From NCBI GenBank assembly GCA_977862235.1, contig OZ374565.1, positions 2,604,001 to 2,668,000 on the forward strand: 64,000 bases of DNA, written 5' to 3'. This DNA comes from Dudresnaya verticillata. Its lineage: Eukaryota. Shown here piece by piece: positions 9,067 to 21,066 of the stretch. Under the pieces are notes generated by a model. That model searched no databases. It saw only the letters and a program-made list of their open reading frames with translations, and was not told the DNA's origin. The translations under genes were made by a program, and so were the position numbers. The stretch's first letter is position 1. Each line of letters starts with the position of its first letter.

Positions 9067-9186
9067 ACATTCGGCCATACTACGCAGACATGCTCCGTAT
9101 CCCATCCCGAACTGCGAAGATAAGTCTCGTCAGGCTGGTTTAGTACTGAGGTGAGGGATCACTCTGGAATCGCCAGTGCCGAATGT
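9067..9186 (+). rRNA. 5S rRNA: 5S rRNA (intact)
   Basis: 120 nt; terminal helix ACATTCGGC/GCCGAATGT; CCCATCCCGAAC loop C; TTAGTACT loop E; GTGA-GGGA-TCAC hairpin; followed by a T-run. Confidence 0.97.
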
Positions 9187-9198
9187 TTTTATTTTTTT
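9186..9198 (+). terminator. RNA Pol III terminator TTTTTATTTTTTT (after every 5S 3' end)
   Basis: Oligo-T tract immediately after the 5S gene. Confidence 0.9.
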
Positions 9199-10275
9199 GC
9201 ACCTCATTCCTTCCTCCCCGCCGCCCTCTGCGTACATTGCTGCCTTGCATACCTCTCCCACAGAATCCCCGACCCACTGCCTCTGTACAGCGTATTCTTT
9301 TCACTCGCACTTTTCCCCTTTTCTTGTAAGTGGGAGGGAGTCTGAGAGTGTTTGCAGGTGTCTAGGGGTTGTTTAGGGTTAGGTCTAGGGTTAGTTTGGT
9401 TACTGTGGTACGCGAGGGGCATGATATTGGGAGGGTAAAGGGTCTAGTGTTGGTGCATGGAATGAATCATGGTGGTGGAAGGAATGGATCAGTGTGGTGG
9501 ATGAATTGGATTTAGGGACATAGAATTGGATTAGATTTAGTACCCAGAAGATTGGATCAAGGATCACCACAATCGGATCAAGTCTGGTGGCTGGGGTGAG
9601 GGTGGCTTGGACGTTTGTGCTCATAACTTTGGAACGGCTGGGGCTAGGGAGCTGCTCAGTAGCTGAATCGAAGCGTCTCGTTGCTGCGCATTGCGTAGCG
9701 CTCTTACCCTCCTAAATCGACTTTTTGGCGCGTTTCTATGGTGCAAAACGTCCCCACGGGCCGTCGGCAGCTTTTGAGCAGATCAAATAGGGGTTTGGGG
9801 CATGTATGGTTATGGGTGGGTTTAGGGGTGTTAGGGATGTGTCATTTTAACGCGTTTAGGAGTGTAGGGAGTGGGAATGAAAGTAGTAAGGATGAGGAAA
9901 TGGAAAGGGAAGGATGAGAAAGTATAGTACAATGCAGTAATACAAATCACGGAATGCATCAGGTTGGGATCCAATAAGGGTGGATGGATTGGATCAACGG
10001 AAGTCAAGGCGTTATAGGATTGGATCTAGGGGCTCTGTAAATTAGATTGGGTGCTGGTTTCATTGAACCAAGGGGTCAGAACGTCCATGAGCTGGTTGAC
10101 TGTATTTATATTGAATCCTGCGTTTAGAGTAAATGGTATACGGTTATGGGTCATTACTTTAATGCTCCACGTGTACACTACAGTCGGATGGACATTGGAC
10201 GCAGGAGTCTTTAGTCGATGACGGGGAGTGCAGTTGATGGCGCATTTAAATAGGGGTACGGCGGGAACAGCAAGC

Positions 10276-10395
10276 ACATTCGGCCATACTACGCAGACAT
10301 GCTCCGTATCCCATCCCGAACTGCGAAGATAAGTCTCGTCAGGCTGGTTTAGTACTGAGGTGAGGGATCACTCTGGAATCGCCAGTGCCGAATGT
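10276..10395 (+). rRNA. 5S rRNA: 5S rRNA (intact)
   Basis: Same sequence as 9067-9186. Confidence 0.97.
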
Positions 10396-11484
10396 TTTTA
10401 TTTTTTTGCACCTCATTCCTTCCTCCCCGCCGCCCTCTGCGTACATTGCTGCCTTGCATACCTCTCCCACAGAATCCCCGACCCACTGCCTCTGTACAGC
10501 GTATTCTTTTCACTCGCACTTTTCCCCTTTTCTTGTAAGTGGGAGGGAGTCTGAGAGTGTTTGCAGGTGTCTAGGGGTTGTTTAGGGTTAGGTCTAGGGT
10601 TAGTTTGGTTACTGTGGTACGCGAGGGGCATGATATTGGGAGGGTAAAGGGTCTAGTGTTGGTGCATGGAATGAATCATGGTGGTGGAAGGAATGGATCA
10701 GTGTGGTGGATGAATTGGATTTAGGGACATAGAATTGGATTAGATTTAGTACCCAGAAGATTGGATCAAGGATCACCACAATCGGATCAAGTCTGGTGGC
10801 TGGGGTGAGGGTGGCTTGGACGTTTGTGCTCATAACTTTGGAACGGCTGGGGCTAGGGAGCTGCTCAGTAGCTGAATCGAAGCGTCTCGTTGCTGCGCAT
10901 TGCGTAGCGCTCTTACCCTCCTAAATCGACTTTTTGGCGCGTTTCTATGGTGCAAAACGTCCCCACGGGCCGTCGGCAGCTTTTGAGCAGATCAAATAGG
11001 GGTTTGGGGCATGTATGGTTATGGGTGGGTTTAGGGGTGTTAGGGATGTGTCATTTTAACGCGTTTAGGAGTGTAGGGAGTGGGAATGAAAGTAGTAAGG
11101 ATGAGGAAATGGAAAGGGAAGGATGAGAAAGTATAGTACAATGCAGTAATACAAATCACGGAATGCATCAGGTTGGGATCCAATAAGGGTGGATGGATTG
11201 GATCAACGGAAGTCAAGGCGTTATAGGATTGGATCTAGGGGCTCTGTAAATTAGATTGGGTGCTGGTTTCATTGAACCAAGGGGTCAGAACGTCCATGAG
11301 CTGGTTGACTGTATTTATATTGAATCCTGCGTTTAGAGTAAATGGTATACGGTTATGGGTCATTACTTTAATGCTCCACGTGTACACTACAGTCGGATGG
11401 ACATTGGACGCAGGAGTCTTTAGTCGATGACGGGGAGTGCAGTTGATGGCGCATTTAAATAGGGGTACGGCGGGAACAGCAAGC

Positions 11485-11604
11485 ACATTCGGCCATACTA
11501 CGCAGACATGCTCCGTATCCCATCCCGAACTGCGAAGATAAGTCTCGTCAGGCTGGTTTAGTACTGAGGTGAGGGATCACTCTGGAATCGCCAGTGCCGA
11601 ATGT
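11485..11604 (+). rRNA. 5S rRNA: 5S rRNA (intact)
   Basis: Same sequence as 9067-9186. Confidence 0.97.
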
Positions 11605-12693
11605 TTTTATTTTTTTGCACCTCATTCCTTCCTCCCCGCCGCCCTCTGCGTACATTGCTGCCTTGCATACCTCTCCCACAGAATCCCCGACCCACTGCCT
11701 CTGTACAGCGTATTCTTTTCACTCGCACTTTTCCCCTTTTCTTGTAAGTGGGAGGGAGTCTGAGAGTGTTTGCAGGTGTCTAGGGGTTGTTTAGGGTTAG
11801 GTCTAGGGTTAGTTTGGTTACTGTGGTACGCGAGGGGCATGATATTGGGAGGGTAAAGGGTCTAGTGTTGGTGCATGGAATGAATCATGGTGGTGGAAGG
11901 AATGGATCAGTGTGGTGGATGAATTGGATTTAGGGACATAGAATTGGATTAGATTTAGTACCCAGAAGATTGGATCAAGGATCACCACAATCGGATCAAG
12001 TCTGGTGGCTGGGGTGAGGGTGGCTTGGACGTTTGTGCTCATAACTTTGGAACGGCTGGGGCTAGGGAGCTGCTCAGTAGCTGAATCGAAGCGTCTCGTT
12101 GCTGCGCATTGCGTAGCGCTCTTACCCTCCTAAATCGACTTTTTGGCGCGTTTCTATGGTGCAAAACGTCCCCACGGGCCGTCGGCAGCTTTTGAGCAGA
12201 TCAAATAGGGGTTTGGGGCATGTATGGTTATGGGTGGGTTTAGGGGTGTTAGGGATGTGTCATTTTAACGCGTTTAGGAGTGTAGGGAGTGGGAATGAAA
12301 GTAGTAAGGATGAGGAAATGGAAAGGGAAGGATGAGAAAGTATAGTACAATGCAGTAATACAAATCACGGAATGCATCAGGTTGGGATCCAATAAGGGTG
12401 GATGGATTGGATCAACGGAAGTCAAGGCGTTATAGGATTGGATCTAGGGGCTCTGTAAATTAGATTGGGTGCTGGTTTCATTGAACCAAGGGGTCAGAAC
12501 GTCCATGAGCTGGTTGACTGTATTTATATTGAATCCTGCGTTTAGAGTAAATGGTATACGGTTATGGGTCATTACTTTAATGCTCCACGTGTACACTACA
12601 GTCGGATGGACATTGGACGCAGGAGTCTTTAGTCGATGACGGGGAGTGCAGTTGATGGCGCATTTAAATAGGGGTACGGCGGGAACAGCAAGC

Positions 12694-12813
12694 ACATTCG
12701 GCCATACTACGCAGACATGCTCCGTATCCCATCCCGAACTGCGAAGATAAGTCTCGTCAGGCTGGTTTAGTACTGAGGTGAGGGATCACTCTGGAATCGC
12801 CAGTGCCGAATGT
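12694..12813 (+). rRNA. 5S rRNA: 5S rRNA (intact)
   Basis: Same sequence as 9067-9186. Confidence 0.97.
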
Positions 12814-13902
12814 TTTTATTTTTTTGCACCTCATTCCTTCCTCCCCGCCGCCCTCTGCGTACATTGCTGCCTTGCATACCTCTCCCACAGAATCCCCGAC
12901 CCACTGCCTCTGTACAGCGTATTCTTTTCACTCGCACTTTTCCCCTTTTCTTGTAAGTGGGAGGGAGTCTGAGAGTGTTTGCAGGTGTCTAGGGGTTGTT
13001 TAGGGTTAGGTCTAGGGTTAGTTTGGTTACTGTGGTACGCGAGGGGCATGATATTGGGAGGGTAAAGGGTCTAGTGTTGGTGCATGGAATGAATCATGGT
13101 GGTGGAAGGAATGGATCAGTGTGGTGGATGAATTGGATTTAGGGACATAGAATTGGATTAGATTTAGTACCCAGAAGATTGGATCAAGGATCACCACAAT
13201 CGGATCAAGTCTGGTGGCTGGGGTGAGGGTGGCTTGGACGTTTGTGCTCATAACTTTGGAACGGCTGGGGCTAGGGAGCTGCTCAGTAGCTGAATCGAAG
13301 CGTCTCGTTGCTGCGCATTGCGTAGCGCTCTTACCCTCCTAAATCGACTTTTTGGCGCGTTTCTATGGTGCAAAACGTCCCCACGGGCCGTCGGCAGCTT
13401 TTGAGCAGATCAAATAGGGGTTTGGGGCATGTATGGTTATGGGTGGGTTTAGGGGTGTTAGGGATGTGTCATTTTAACGCGTTTAGGAGTGTAGGGAGTG
13501 GGAATGAAAGTAGTAAGGATGAGGAAATGGAAAGGGAAGGATGAGAAAGTATAGTACAATGCAGTAATACAAATCACGGAATGCATCAGGTTGGGATCCA
13601 ATAAGGGTGGATGGATTGGATCAACGGAAGTCAAGGCGTTATAGGATTGGATCTAGGGGCTCTGTAAATTAGATTGGGTGCTGGTTTCATTGAACCAAGG
13701 GGTCAGAACGTCCATGAGCTGGTTGACTGTATTTATATTGAATCCTGCGTTTAGAGTAAATGGTATACGGTTATGGGTCATTACTTTAATGCTCCACGTG
13801 TACACTACAGTCGGATGGACATTGGACGCAGGAGTCTTTAGTCGATGACGGGGAGTGCAGTTGATGGCGCATTTAAATAGGGGTACGGCGGGAACAGCAA
13901 GC

Positions 13903-14022
13903 ACATTCGGCCATACTACGCAGACATGCTCCGTATCCCATCCCGAACTGCGAAGATAAGTCTCGTCAGGCTGGTTTAGTACTGAGGTGAGGGATCACTC
14001 TGGAATCGCCAGTGCCGAATGT
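13903..14022 (+). rRNA. 5S rRNA: 5S rRNA (intact)
   Basis: Same sequence as 9067-9186. Confidence 0.97.
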
Positions 14023-15111
14023 TTTTATTTTTTTGCACCTCATTCCTTCCTCCCCGCCGCCCTCTGCGTACATTGCTGCCTTGCATACCTCTCCCACAGA
14101 ATCCCCGACCCACTGCCTCTGTACAGCGTATTCTTTTCACTCGCACTTTTCCCCTTTTCTTGTAAGTGGGAGGGAGTCTGAGAGTGTTTGCAGGTGTCTA
14201 GGGGTTGTTTAGGGTTAGGTCTAGGGTTAGTTTGGTTACTGTGGTACGCGAGGGGCATGATATTGGGAGGGTAAAGGGTCTAGTGTTGGTGCATGGAATG
14301 AATCATGGTGGTGGAAGGAATGGATCAGTGTGGTGGATGAATTGGATTTAGGGACATAGAATTGGATTAGATTTAGTACCCAGAAGATTGGATCAAGGAT
14401 CACCACAATCGGATCAAGTCTGGTGGCTGGGGTGAGGGTGGCTTGGACGTTTGTGCTCATAACTTTGGAACGGCTGGGGCTAGGGAGCTGCTCAGTAGCT
14501 GAATCGAAGCGTCTCGTTGCTGCGCATTGCGTAGCGCTCTTACCCTCCTAAATCGACTTTTTGGCGCGTTTCTATGGTGCAAAACGTCCCCACGGGCCGT
14601 CGGCAGCTTTTGAGCAGATCAAATAGGGGTTTGGGGCATGTATGGTTATGGGTGGGTTTAGGGGTGTTAGGGATGTGTCATTTTAACGCGTTTAGGAGTG
14701 TAGGGAGTGGGAATGAAAGTAGTAAGGATGAGGAAATGGAAAGGGAAGGATGAGAAAGTATAGTACAATGCAGTAATACAAATCACGGAATGCATCAGGT
14801 TGGGATCCAATAAGGGTGGATGGATTGGATCAACGGAAGTCAAGGCGTTATAGGATTGGATCTAGGGGCTCTGTAAATTAGATTGGGTGCTGGTTTCATT
14901 GAACCAAGGGGTCAGAACGTCCATGAGCTGGTTGACTGTATTTATATTGAATCCTGCGTTTAGAGTAAATGGTATACGGTTATGGGTCATTACTTTAATG
15001 CTCCACGTGTACACTACAGTCGGATGGACATTGGACGCAGGAGTCTTTAGTCGATGACGGGGAGTGCAGTTGATGGCGCATTTAAATAGGGGTACGGCGG
15101 GAACAGCAAGC

Positions 15112-15231
15112 ACATTCGGCCATACTACGCAGACATGCTCCGTATCCCATCCCGAACTGCGAAGATAAGTCTCGTCAGGCTGGTTTAGTACTGAGGTGAG
15201 GGATCACTCTGGAATCGCCAGTGCCGAATGT
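15112..15231 (+). rRNA. 5S rRNA: 5S rRNA (intact)
   Basis: Same sequence as 9067-9186. Confidence 0.97.
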
Positions 15232-16320
15232 TTTTATTTTTTTGCACCTCATTCCTTCCTCCCCGCCGCCCTCTGCGTACATTGCTGCCTTGCATACCTC
15301 TCCCACAGAATCCCCGACCCACTGCCTCTGTACAGCGTATTCTTTTCACTCGCACTTTTCCCCTTTTCTTGTAAGTGGGAGGGAGTCTGAGAGTGTTTGC
15401 AGGTGTCTAGGGGTTGTTTAGGGTTAGGTCTAGGGTTAGTTTGGTTACTGTGGTACGCGAGGGGCATGATATTGGGAGGGTAAAGGGTCTAGTGTTGGTG
15501 CATGGAATGAATCATGGTGGTGGAAGGAATGGATCAGTGTGGTGGATGAATTGGATTTAGGGACATAGAATTGGATTAGATTTAGTACCCAGAAGATTGG
15601 ATCAAGGATCACCACAATCGGATCAAGTCTGGTGGCTGGGGTGAGGGTGGCTTGGACGTTTGTGCTCATAACTTTGGAACGGCTGGGGCTAGGGAGCTGC
15701 TCAGTAGCTGAATCGAAGCGTCTCGTTGCTGCGCATTGCGTAGCGCTCTTACCCTCCTAAATCGACTTTTTGGCGCGTTTCTATGGTGCAAAACGTCCCC
15801 ACGGGCCGTCGGCAGCTTTTGAGCAGATCAAATAGGGGTTTGGGGCATGTATGGTTATGGGTGGGTTTAGGGGTGTTAGGGATGTGTCATTTTAACGCGT
15901 TTAGGAGTGTAGGGAGTGGGAATGAAAGTAGTAAGGATGAGGAAATGGAAAGGGAAGGATGAGAAAGTATAGTACAATGCAGTAATACAAATCACGGAAT
16001 GCATCAGGTTGGGATCCAATAAGGGTGGATGGATTGGATCAACGGAAGTCAAGGCGTTATAGGATTGGATCTAGGGGCTCTGTAAATTAGATTGGGTGCT
16101 GGTTTCATTGAACCAAGGGGTCAGAACGTCCATGAGCTGGTTGACTGTATTTATATTGAATCCTGCGTTTAGAGTAAATGGTATACGGTTATGGGTCATT
16201 ACTTTAATGCTCCACGTGTACACTACAGTCGGATGGACATTGGACGCAGGAGTCTTTAGTCGATGACGGGGAGTGCAGTTGATGGCGCATTTAAATAGGG
16301 GTACGGCGGGAACAGCAAGC

Positions 16321-16409
16321 ACATTCGGCCATACTACGCAGACATGCTCCGTATCCCATCCCGAACTGCGAAGATAAGTCTCGTCAGGCTGGTTTAGTAC
16401 TGAGGTGAG
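16321..16409 (+). pseudogene. 5S rRNA 5' part (+1..+89), interrupted by copies C and D
   Basis: 5S sequence stops at ...CTGAGGTGAG and element sequence TTCAAC begins. Confidence 0.95.
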
Positions 16410-19400
16410 TTCAACTTTATAACAGGTGATCATATTCTAATATTTGTCGACGTACAATCTACTGTAGTATCACAACAAAGTTAAACCCCAACTCAAAACA
16501 ACTTGCACATCTACACCTCCTGTTGGATCCCTTCCATCAGGCACTTGACGTTGTTCTGCACCAGTCGCGCCGCGTGCCTGTGGAATAGAGCCGCTCGCGA
16601 AACACCGCGAGTTACCATGGCCCGAGAAGCCACAGTATCCGCCAACTCTTGCATGTACTTGTGCGCCTCCGGGTGCCAGCCACCTAGTGTGGTCATCGGC
16701 ACCGGCACAAGTCTTGCCCCCGGTCCGGCAGCCTGGATGAAGCCACGGTAAGTCCGCACCTTGTCAGCGTGGGCGTTCTTCAGCGTCCCTTGCGGGTTTG
16801 TTATGCAGCTGAGAATGCGTTGTTCTGACGACAGTGGATGACTGATTGTGACGTCCAGGTAGTCCGTTCCTCCTTCTGTTCCAAGCGCCTTGATGTCCGG
16901 CCGATCCAGGTGAGCCCCCACAGGGCGGGGCTCCACAATCGGGGTGCGTGTCGCACGTTTCAGATCCGAAGCCAGCAGACGAACCTGAGAGTCGTGGCGC
17001 CACGACCGAGGAGATCCGCTGTTCCGCATGCCGTTCGGACAAATCAGCAGATGGTCGCCGTGAACATCCATCATCTTCTTGCACCCGGCCCGAGGACACT
17101 CCGTGTCGGGTTCCAGCAGTGGAATCCGACAGTAGAATCGAAGCCATACGCGGTAGTCCCGATCCGCAATGTACGTCTTCATGCCTGGTGCCGGCTGGCA
17201 CTTGAGCCAGTCCTTGGCGCCCGGCGCGCCAAGGGAAGCTCGGAAAGCTTGCGTCCGCCTGTCCCCGAGCGGCAGCTCGGCTTGCACTTTCTTCAGTACC
17301 AACCGCGTCAAGTCCCTCTGGCGTGGGCACTCGTCGCTGTCGATCTTCTCCAGGTCCAGGGCATCCTCACTATGGCACTTGGCGCTCCAGTCTTCGTGCG
17401 CTTCTACTGCAAAAGGATCGTCAGAAAGAGCAGTGTTCACAGAAGCGGGTAAGATAGAACGCAGTAAGTTGCGGGTCAGTGAAAGGGACGCCAAAAACGC
17501 GCTCGAGTTCATGTCGCCAGCTCCCGAAATACCGATACCGAAGCTGGGCTCTTTCGTGCGCAGGGGAAGCTGAAGTTCGCGGAAGGTGTCCCTCGGTAGG
17601 ACTCCTCCCACGAGCTTGCGCATGCAAGCCTCAATCTTCTGGTCGAAGAGCTCGGCGCCCTTCGCCGTGGCGGATGATGGAACTACTCGCAGCAGGTAGT
17701 TCAGCCGGCAGACTCCGGCACAGTTGCGGAGTAGAGTGATGGCCACGTGTAGGTCTTCTAGTCCCGAAATTGCGTCCAGCAGGGGCTGGATGGACTCGAC
17801 ATGGCCATTCACGCTCTCCTCCATGTAGTTCTGCGTTCCAATCGGAGCCTGAAGTACTGTAGTGCCTTCTCCGTAGCTCTGCCCAAGATCCGATGGGTAG
17901 GCAGCGCAGTCTTCTGGGTCGGGTGCAGTAGGCCACCAAACAGTACACTTGTCCATGCGCAGGTGGAAGCCATAGCCCTTAGCTTCCTCGGAGTCAAAGA
18001 AGGACAGAACCTTCCTGAGTACGGCGTGTTTCGCCACGATGACGCCGTCGTCCAGGTAGAACAGTGACAGCAGCAAGTTGTTCGCCCCCTCCGCTTGCTG
18101 ATTGCGGCCCGAGCGCCGCAGGTCGGCGGTGAGTTCCTTCAACTGTTTGATCAGTGCCTGCAGCACCAAAGCAAACAGTAACGGCCCGAGCGGGTCACCT
18201 TGCTGTACACCAGTGACACTCCGCAGTAGAGTGTCACCCATCCACAGGTGCGGGCCCTCAGAGTCATAACAGAATCTGACCCACGGTAGTAGTTCAGGCA
18301 TATGTCGGCGGACCTCCTTCATGAATGCTTTGCGGCTGACAAGGTTGAAGGCATTCTTCAAGTCCACTTGTAGCAACCCGTAGGACTTGTCATGGCCGTG
18401 AGACTTCTGCAGCTTCCGGACCGCGTGTACAATCGCTTCTGTGCCGCCCGAGGTTGCGACCCCGAGCTGAAGCGGTTCGAGGTATGCCTTGGCCTTGGGA
18501 GCGACTCTGGTCATGAGCATAGAGCTCACGAGTCGTCGGATTGTCTCTCCTACAGCAATGGGGCGGACACCGCCGGTGCGCTTCTTCAGAGCCGTGAGAG
18601 GAGCGCTGGCAATCCAAGGCGACAGCTCCGCAGGTCCTGCGCCGCTGGCCAGCACGTTGACCATTTTGGTGAGCCCGCCAAGCAGGCCCGTGTGCTCGTG
18701 AGTGGTCGGGACTGAGAGCAGTTCCTGCAGATGCGTCGGTGATAGTCCTGTGCCCCCCGAGGCCGAAGCCCGGGGGAACTTGGCAACTGCTTTTCGTACT
18801 TCGTCGGCTGTGAAAGGCACGAAGTCAGGCATGGTCGGCAGCGGTTCGGACTGGTCAAGCTCGTGGTCCGCGTCGGTTTGCGGTACGGACTGTGGGTGCT
18901 TGTCCTTCATGGACTGTATCACAGAGTCTGTGGCTGGCGCGATTCCATCAGAGTCTAGAGCTGCTGCTGCCTTACTGTAGGCGCCCTCCTTTGCGAGGCG
19001 AAGGGCTCGTGAGGCATTGATACGGCGTTGCTCTTCTGCGGAAGGCGCAGTCTGCTCACGGAATGTCGAGCCCTTCAAGGCCTCCTGCCATAGGGCGTCG
19101 TAATCCTTGAGTCCCCAGCGGCGGATTCGATCGCGGAAGGTGCCGATCGAGGACGCAGAGGTTGACGCGCCGGCCCTTGCACTCGCTGCGGGAGGATTGG
19201 ACAAGACGGCTGCTGGAAAAAGCAGGAATGCAGTGAGCTCTTTGGTGGCTTCCTGAGAGTTGTTTGCGTTCGTAAAAGCCCATACCGTCTTGGACAGTGC
19301 GTCGCGCACCTCTGCGCGGACGCGAGACGGTATATGTGTGACCATAGGGATATGCGAGCGACAGATATCTTCGACCGCCGGCAGAAGCTGCCCTCCTGGA

Positions 19401-21052
19401 CCCCGCGCAGCGTGTCGGGTTTGCGCAGTTGGTACCACTTGAGTAGCTGGTACCGGTGCAGGAGGCGGCTCCTGGCTGTCCGGGATTCGTCGCGGGGCTG
19501 GCAGGATATCGTCCGCCGGCTCGCCGTCCTCGGGTTGCGTCTCCGTGACCGCGTCCAGAGCAGGAGTCTGTGATGGCGCGGCTACAGTTTCTTCACGGCT
19601 CGGTGTCGTCAATTGGTTGGACGGGACGTGGGAGAACGCCGGAGTGCGAGTGGCGGGACATGCGCTGCAATTCTTGTACCGCATACTGTACATGCCTTCA
19701 CTGTTCATGCGGGAGCTACAGTGGGTAGGCATGTACTTGTTGTGAGTCACACAGTACCATACTCCATAGTCCAGGAGCTGCTGCTTGAGAGGCTCGATGT
19801 CGGTCCTCGTCGGTGGTCCTCGCCTGCCAGGAACATGCATCTTCCGCAGGTGCATGAGTAGCGCTTCTACAGTAGGCAGTGAGGACGACTGGCAGCCCAG
19901 AGGACAGCTGGTACTGTTTGTCGGGCGGTGTTTTGCCGAAGGCATAAAGCATGGAGAGAGCCATACCTTCGGCATGTCGGGGTGCTGCTGACCAATCATG
20001 GTTACAGCGCTGGGTAAGGTACCTGTAAAGGTCCTCTACAGTAGGTTCCCTCGGGGCACAGACCTCCTAACCGGGACGCAAGCCTGTCGTCCGTCGTCAG
20101 TCTGTTCGGGACACCTCCAGAGGGTGCTACAGGTGGCCTTGCTGCGAGATGAAGGCCTCTTCGCAGCGTAGGGCGTGAGATTGCGCAATTTGCGCACGAG
20201 CTCGCGCAAAAGGGCGCACGTGTTAGCGTTCGCGCGTAGACTTATCGGACGTTCCCTTCCCTGCCGCAGCTGAGAAGAGTCTCTTCACTGCGGTCCTGTA
20301 ACGCGCGGTACTTCTCGTTTGCACAAGCTCTCAATGGGGTCGCAGAACCACCGTTTACCTGTGAGTGCCCACAGGATTTTTGGCCTCCCCCGAAGGTTCG
20401 CTGGCAGGACGTTCGCTCGATCTTAGAAGGGGTGGTTTCAAAACAGGATCCACCAGGCTTAAGCCACGTTACCCCAACTTCGACGTTGCTTGGCACGTTT
20501 CTGCGATGAGCTTGTGGGTCACGAGCCGCCTACCACTCAAGGTCGAGGGTCTTTGGCGATTCCCACACTTGTAGGTCTCTCGGCACTTCCCGAAGGAAGA
20601 TTTTACAGGACAAGCCTGGCCTTTACCAATCTGTCAGTTGAAGGGTGTGAAACCCCTCTGTCGACAGTCCACGGCAGCCTAGACAGAGTCTAGGCTGTGC
20701 CGGGTACAAGCAAAACGCGTACAGGGCCAGGGAAAGAAAGATAAGTCAGTGGGGCCCGGGCAAATTTCAAGGTGAGGGATCACCTTAAAAGTAAGCGCAA
20801 AATAGGAAACGCGTGACCGTCGGCGACGACGGCGGCGGCGACGGCGGCGACGACGACGGCGTCGCGGCGCAGATCGACGGCGCAAAAAGAGACAAAAGTA
20901 GACCGCGCTCGCCCGCCGTCAAAGGTGAAGGGCTGAAAAACCCCGCACCGACGCGCCGTCGCGCGCTCGAACAGGCGGCACCGCCGCCGAAAAGATCGGT
21001 GCAGAACTTGTTGAGATATCCGCGAAACAAAATTTTCGGCAGATCGCGAGGG
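16410..21052 (-). mobile_element. Copy C, full length (4643 bp)
   Basis: Flanked by the 14-bp duplication AGTACTGAGGTGAG (16396-16409 and 21053-21066). Confidence 0.97.
16511..19999 (-). CDS. 1162-aa RT/RLE protein, copy C (variant subfamily)
   Basis: Intact ORF with all motifs. Confidence 0.96.
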   Translation of the reverse strand: MIGQQHPDMPKVWLSPCFMPSAKHRPTNSTSCPLGCQSSSLPTVEALLMHLRKMHVPGRRGPPTRTDIEPLKQQLLDYGVWYCVTHNKYMPTHCSSRMNSEGMYSMRYKNCSACPATRTPAFSHVPSNQLTTPSREETVAAPSQTPALDAVTETQPEDGEPADDILPAPRRIPDSQEPPPAPVPATQVVPTAQTRHAARGPGGQLLPAVEDICRSHIPMVTHIPSRVRAEVRDALSKTVWAFTNANNSQEATKELTAFLLFPAAVLSNPPAASARAGASTSASSIGTFRDRIRRWGLKDYDALWQEALKGSTFREQTAPSAEEQRRINASRALRLAKEGAYSKAAAALDSDGIAPATDSVIQSMKDKHPQSVPQTDADHELDQSEPLPTMPDFVPFTADEVRKAVAKFPRASASGGTGLSPTHLQELLSVPTTHEHTGLLGGLTKMVNVLASGAGPAELSPWIASAPLTALKKRTGGVRPIAVGETIRRLVSSMLMTRVAPKAKAYLEPLQLGVATSGGTEAIVHAVRKLQKSHGHDKSYGLLQVDLKNAFNLVSRKAFMKEVRRHMPELLPWVRFCYDSEGPHLWMGDTLLRSVTGVQQGDPLGPLLFALVLQALIKQLKELTADLRRSGRNQQAEGANNLLLSLFYLDDGVIVAKHAVLRKVLSFFDSEEAKGYGFHLRMDKCTVWWPTAPDPEDCAAYPSDLGQSYGEGTTVLQAPIGTQNYMEESVNGHVESIQPLLDAISGLEDLHVAITLLRNCAGVCRLNYLLRVVPSSATAKGAELFDQKIEACMRKLVGGVLPRDTFRELQLPLRTKEPSFGIGISGAGDMNSSAFLASLSLTRNLLRSILPASVNTALSDDPFAVEAHEDWSAKCHSEDALDLEKIDSDECPRQRDLTRLVLKKVQAELPLGDRRTQAFRASLGAPGAKDWLKCQPAPGMKTYIADRDYRVWLRFYCRIPLLEPDTECPRAGCKKMMDVHGDHLLICPNGMRNSGSPRSWRHDSQVRLLASDLKRATRTPIVEPRPVGAHLDRPDIKALGTEGGTDYLDVTISHPLSSEQRILSCITNPQGTLKNAHADKVRTYRGFIQAAGPGARLVPVPMTTLGGWHPEAHKYMQELADTVASRAMVTRGVSRAALFHRHAARLVQNNVKCLMEGIQQEV

Positions 21053-21066
21053 AGTACTGAGGTGAG

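Larger units (their letters stand above)
7998..16409 (+). repeat. 5S rDNA tandem array, 1209-bp period, about 7 units
   Basis: Sequence and ORF track repeat with a 1209-bp period; I saw no differences between units by eye. Confidence 0.97.

Noticed and set aside
8191..9624. Short ORFs in the 1209-bp unit
   Set aside because: They lie in 5S spacer or overlap the rRNA; low complexity with no protein signature.
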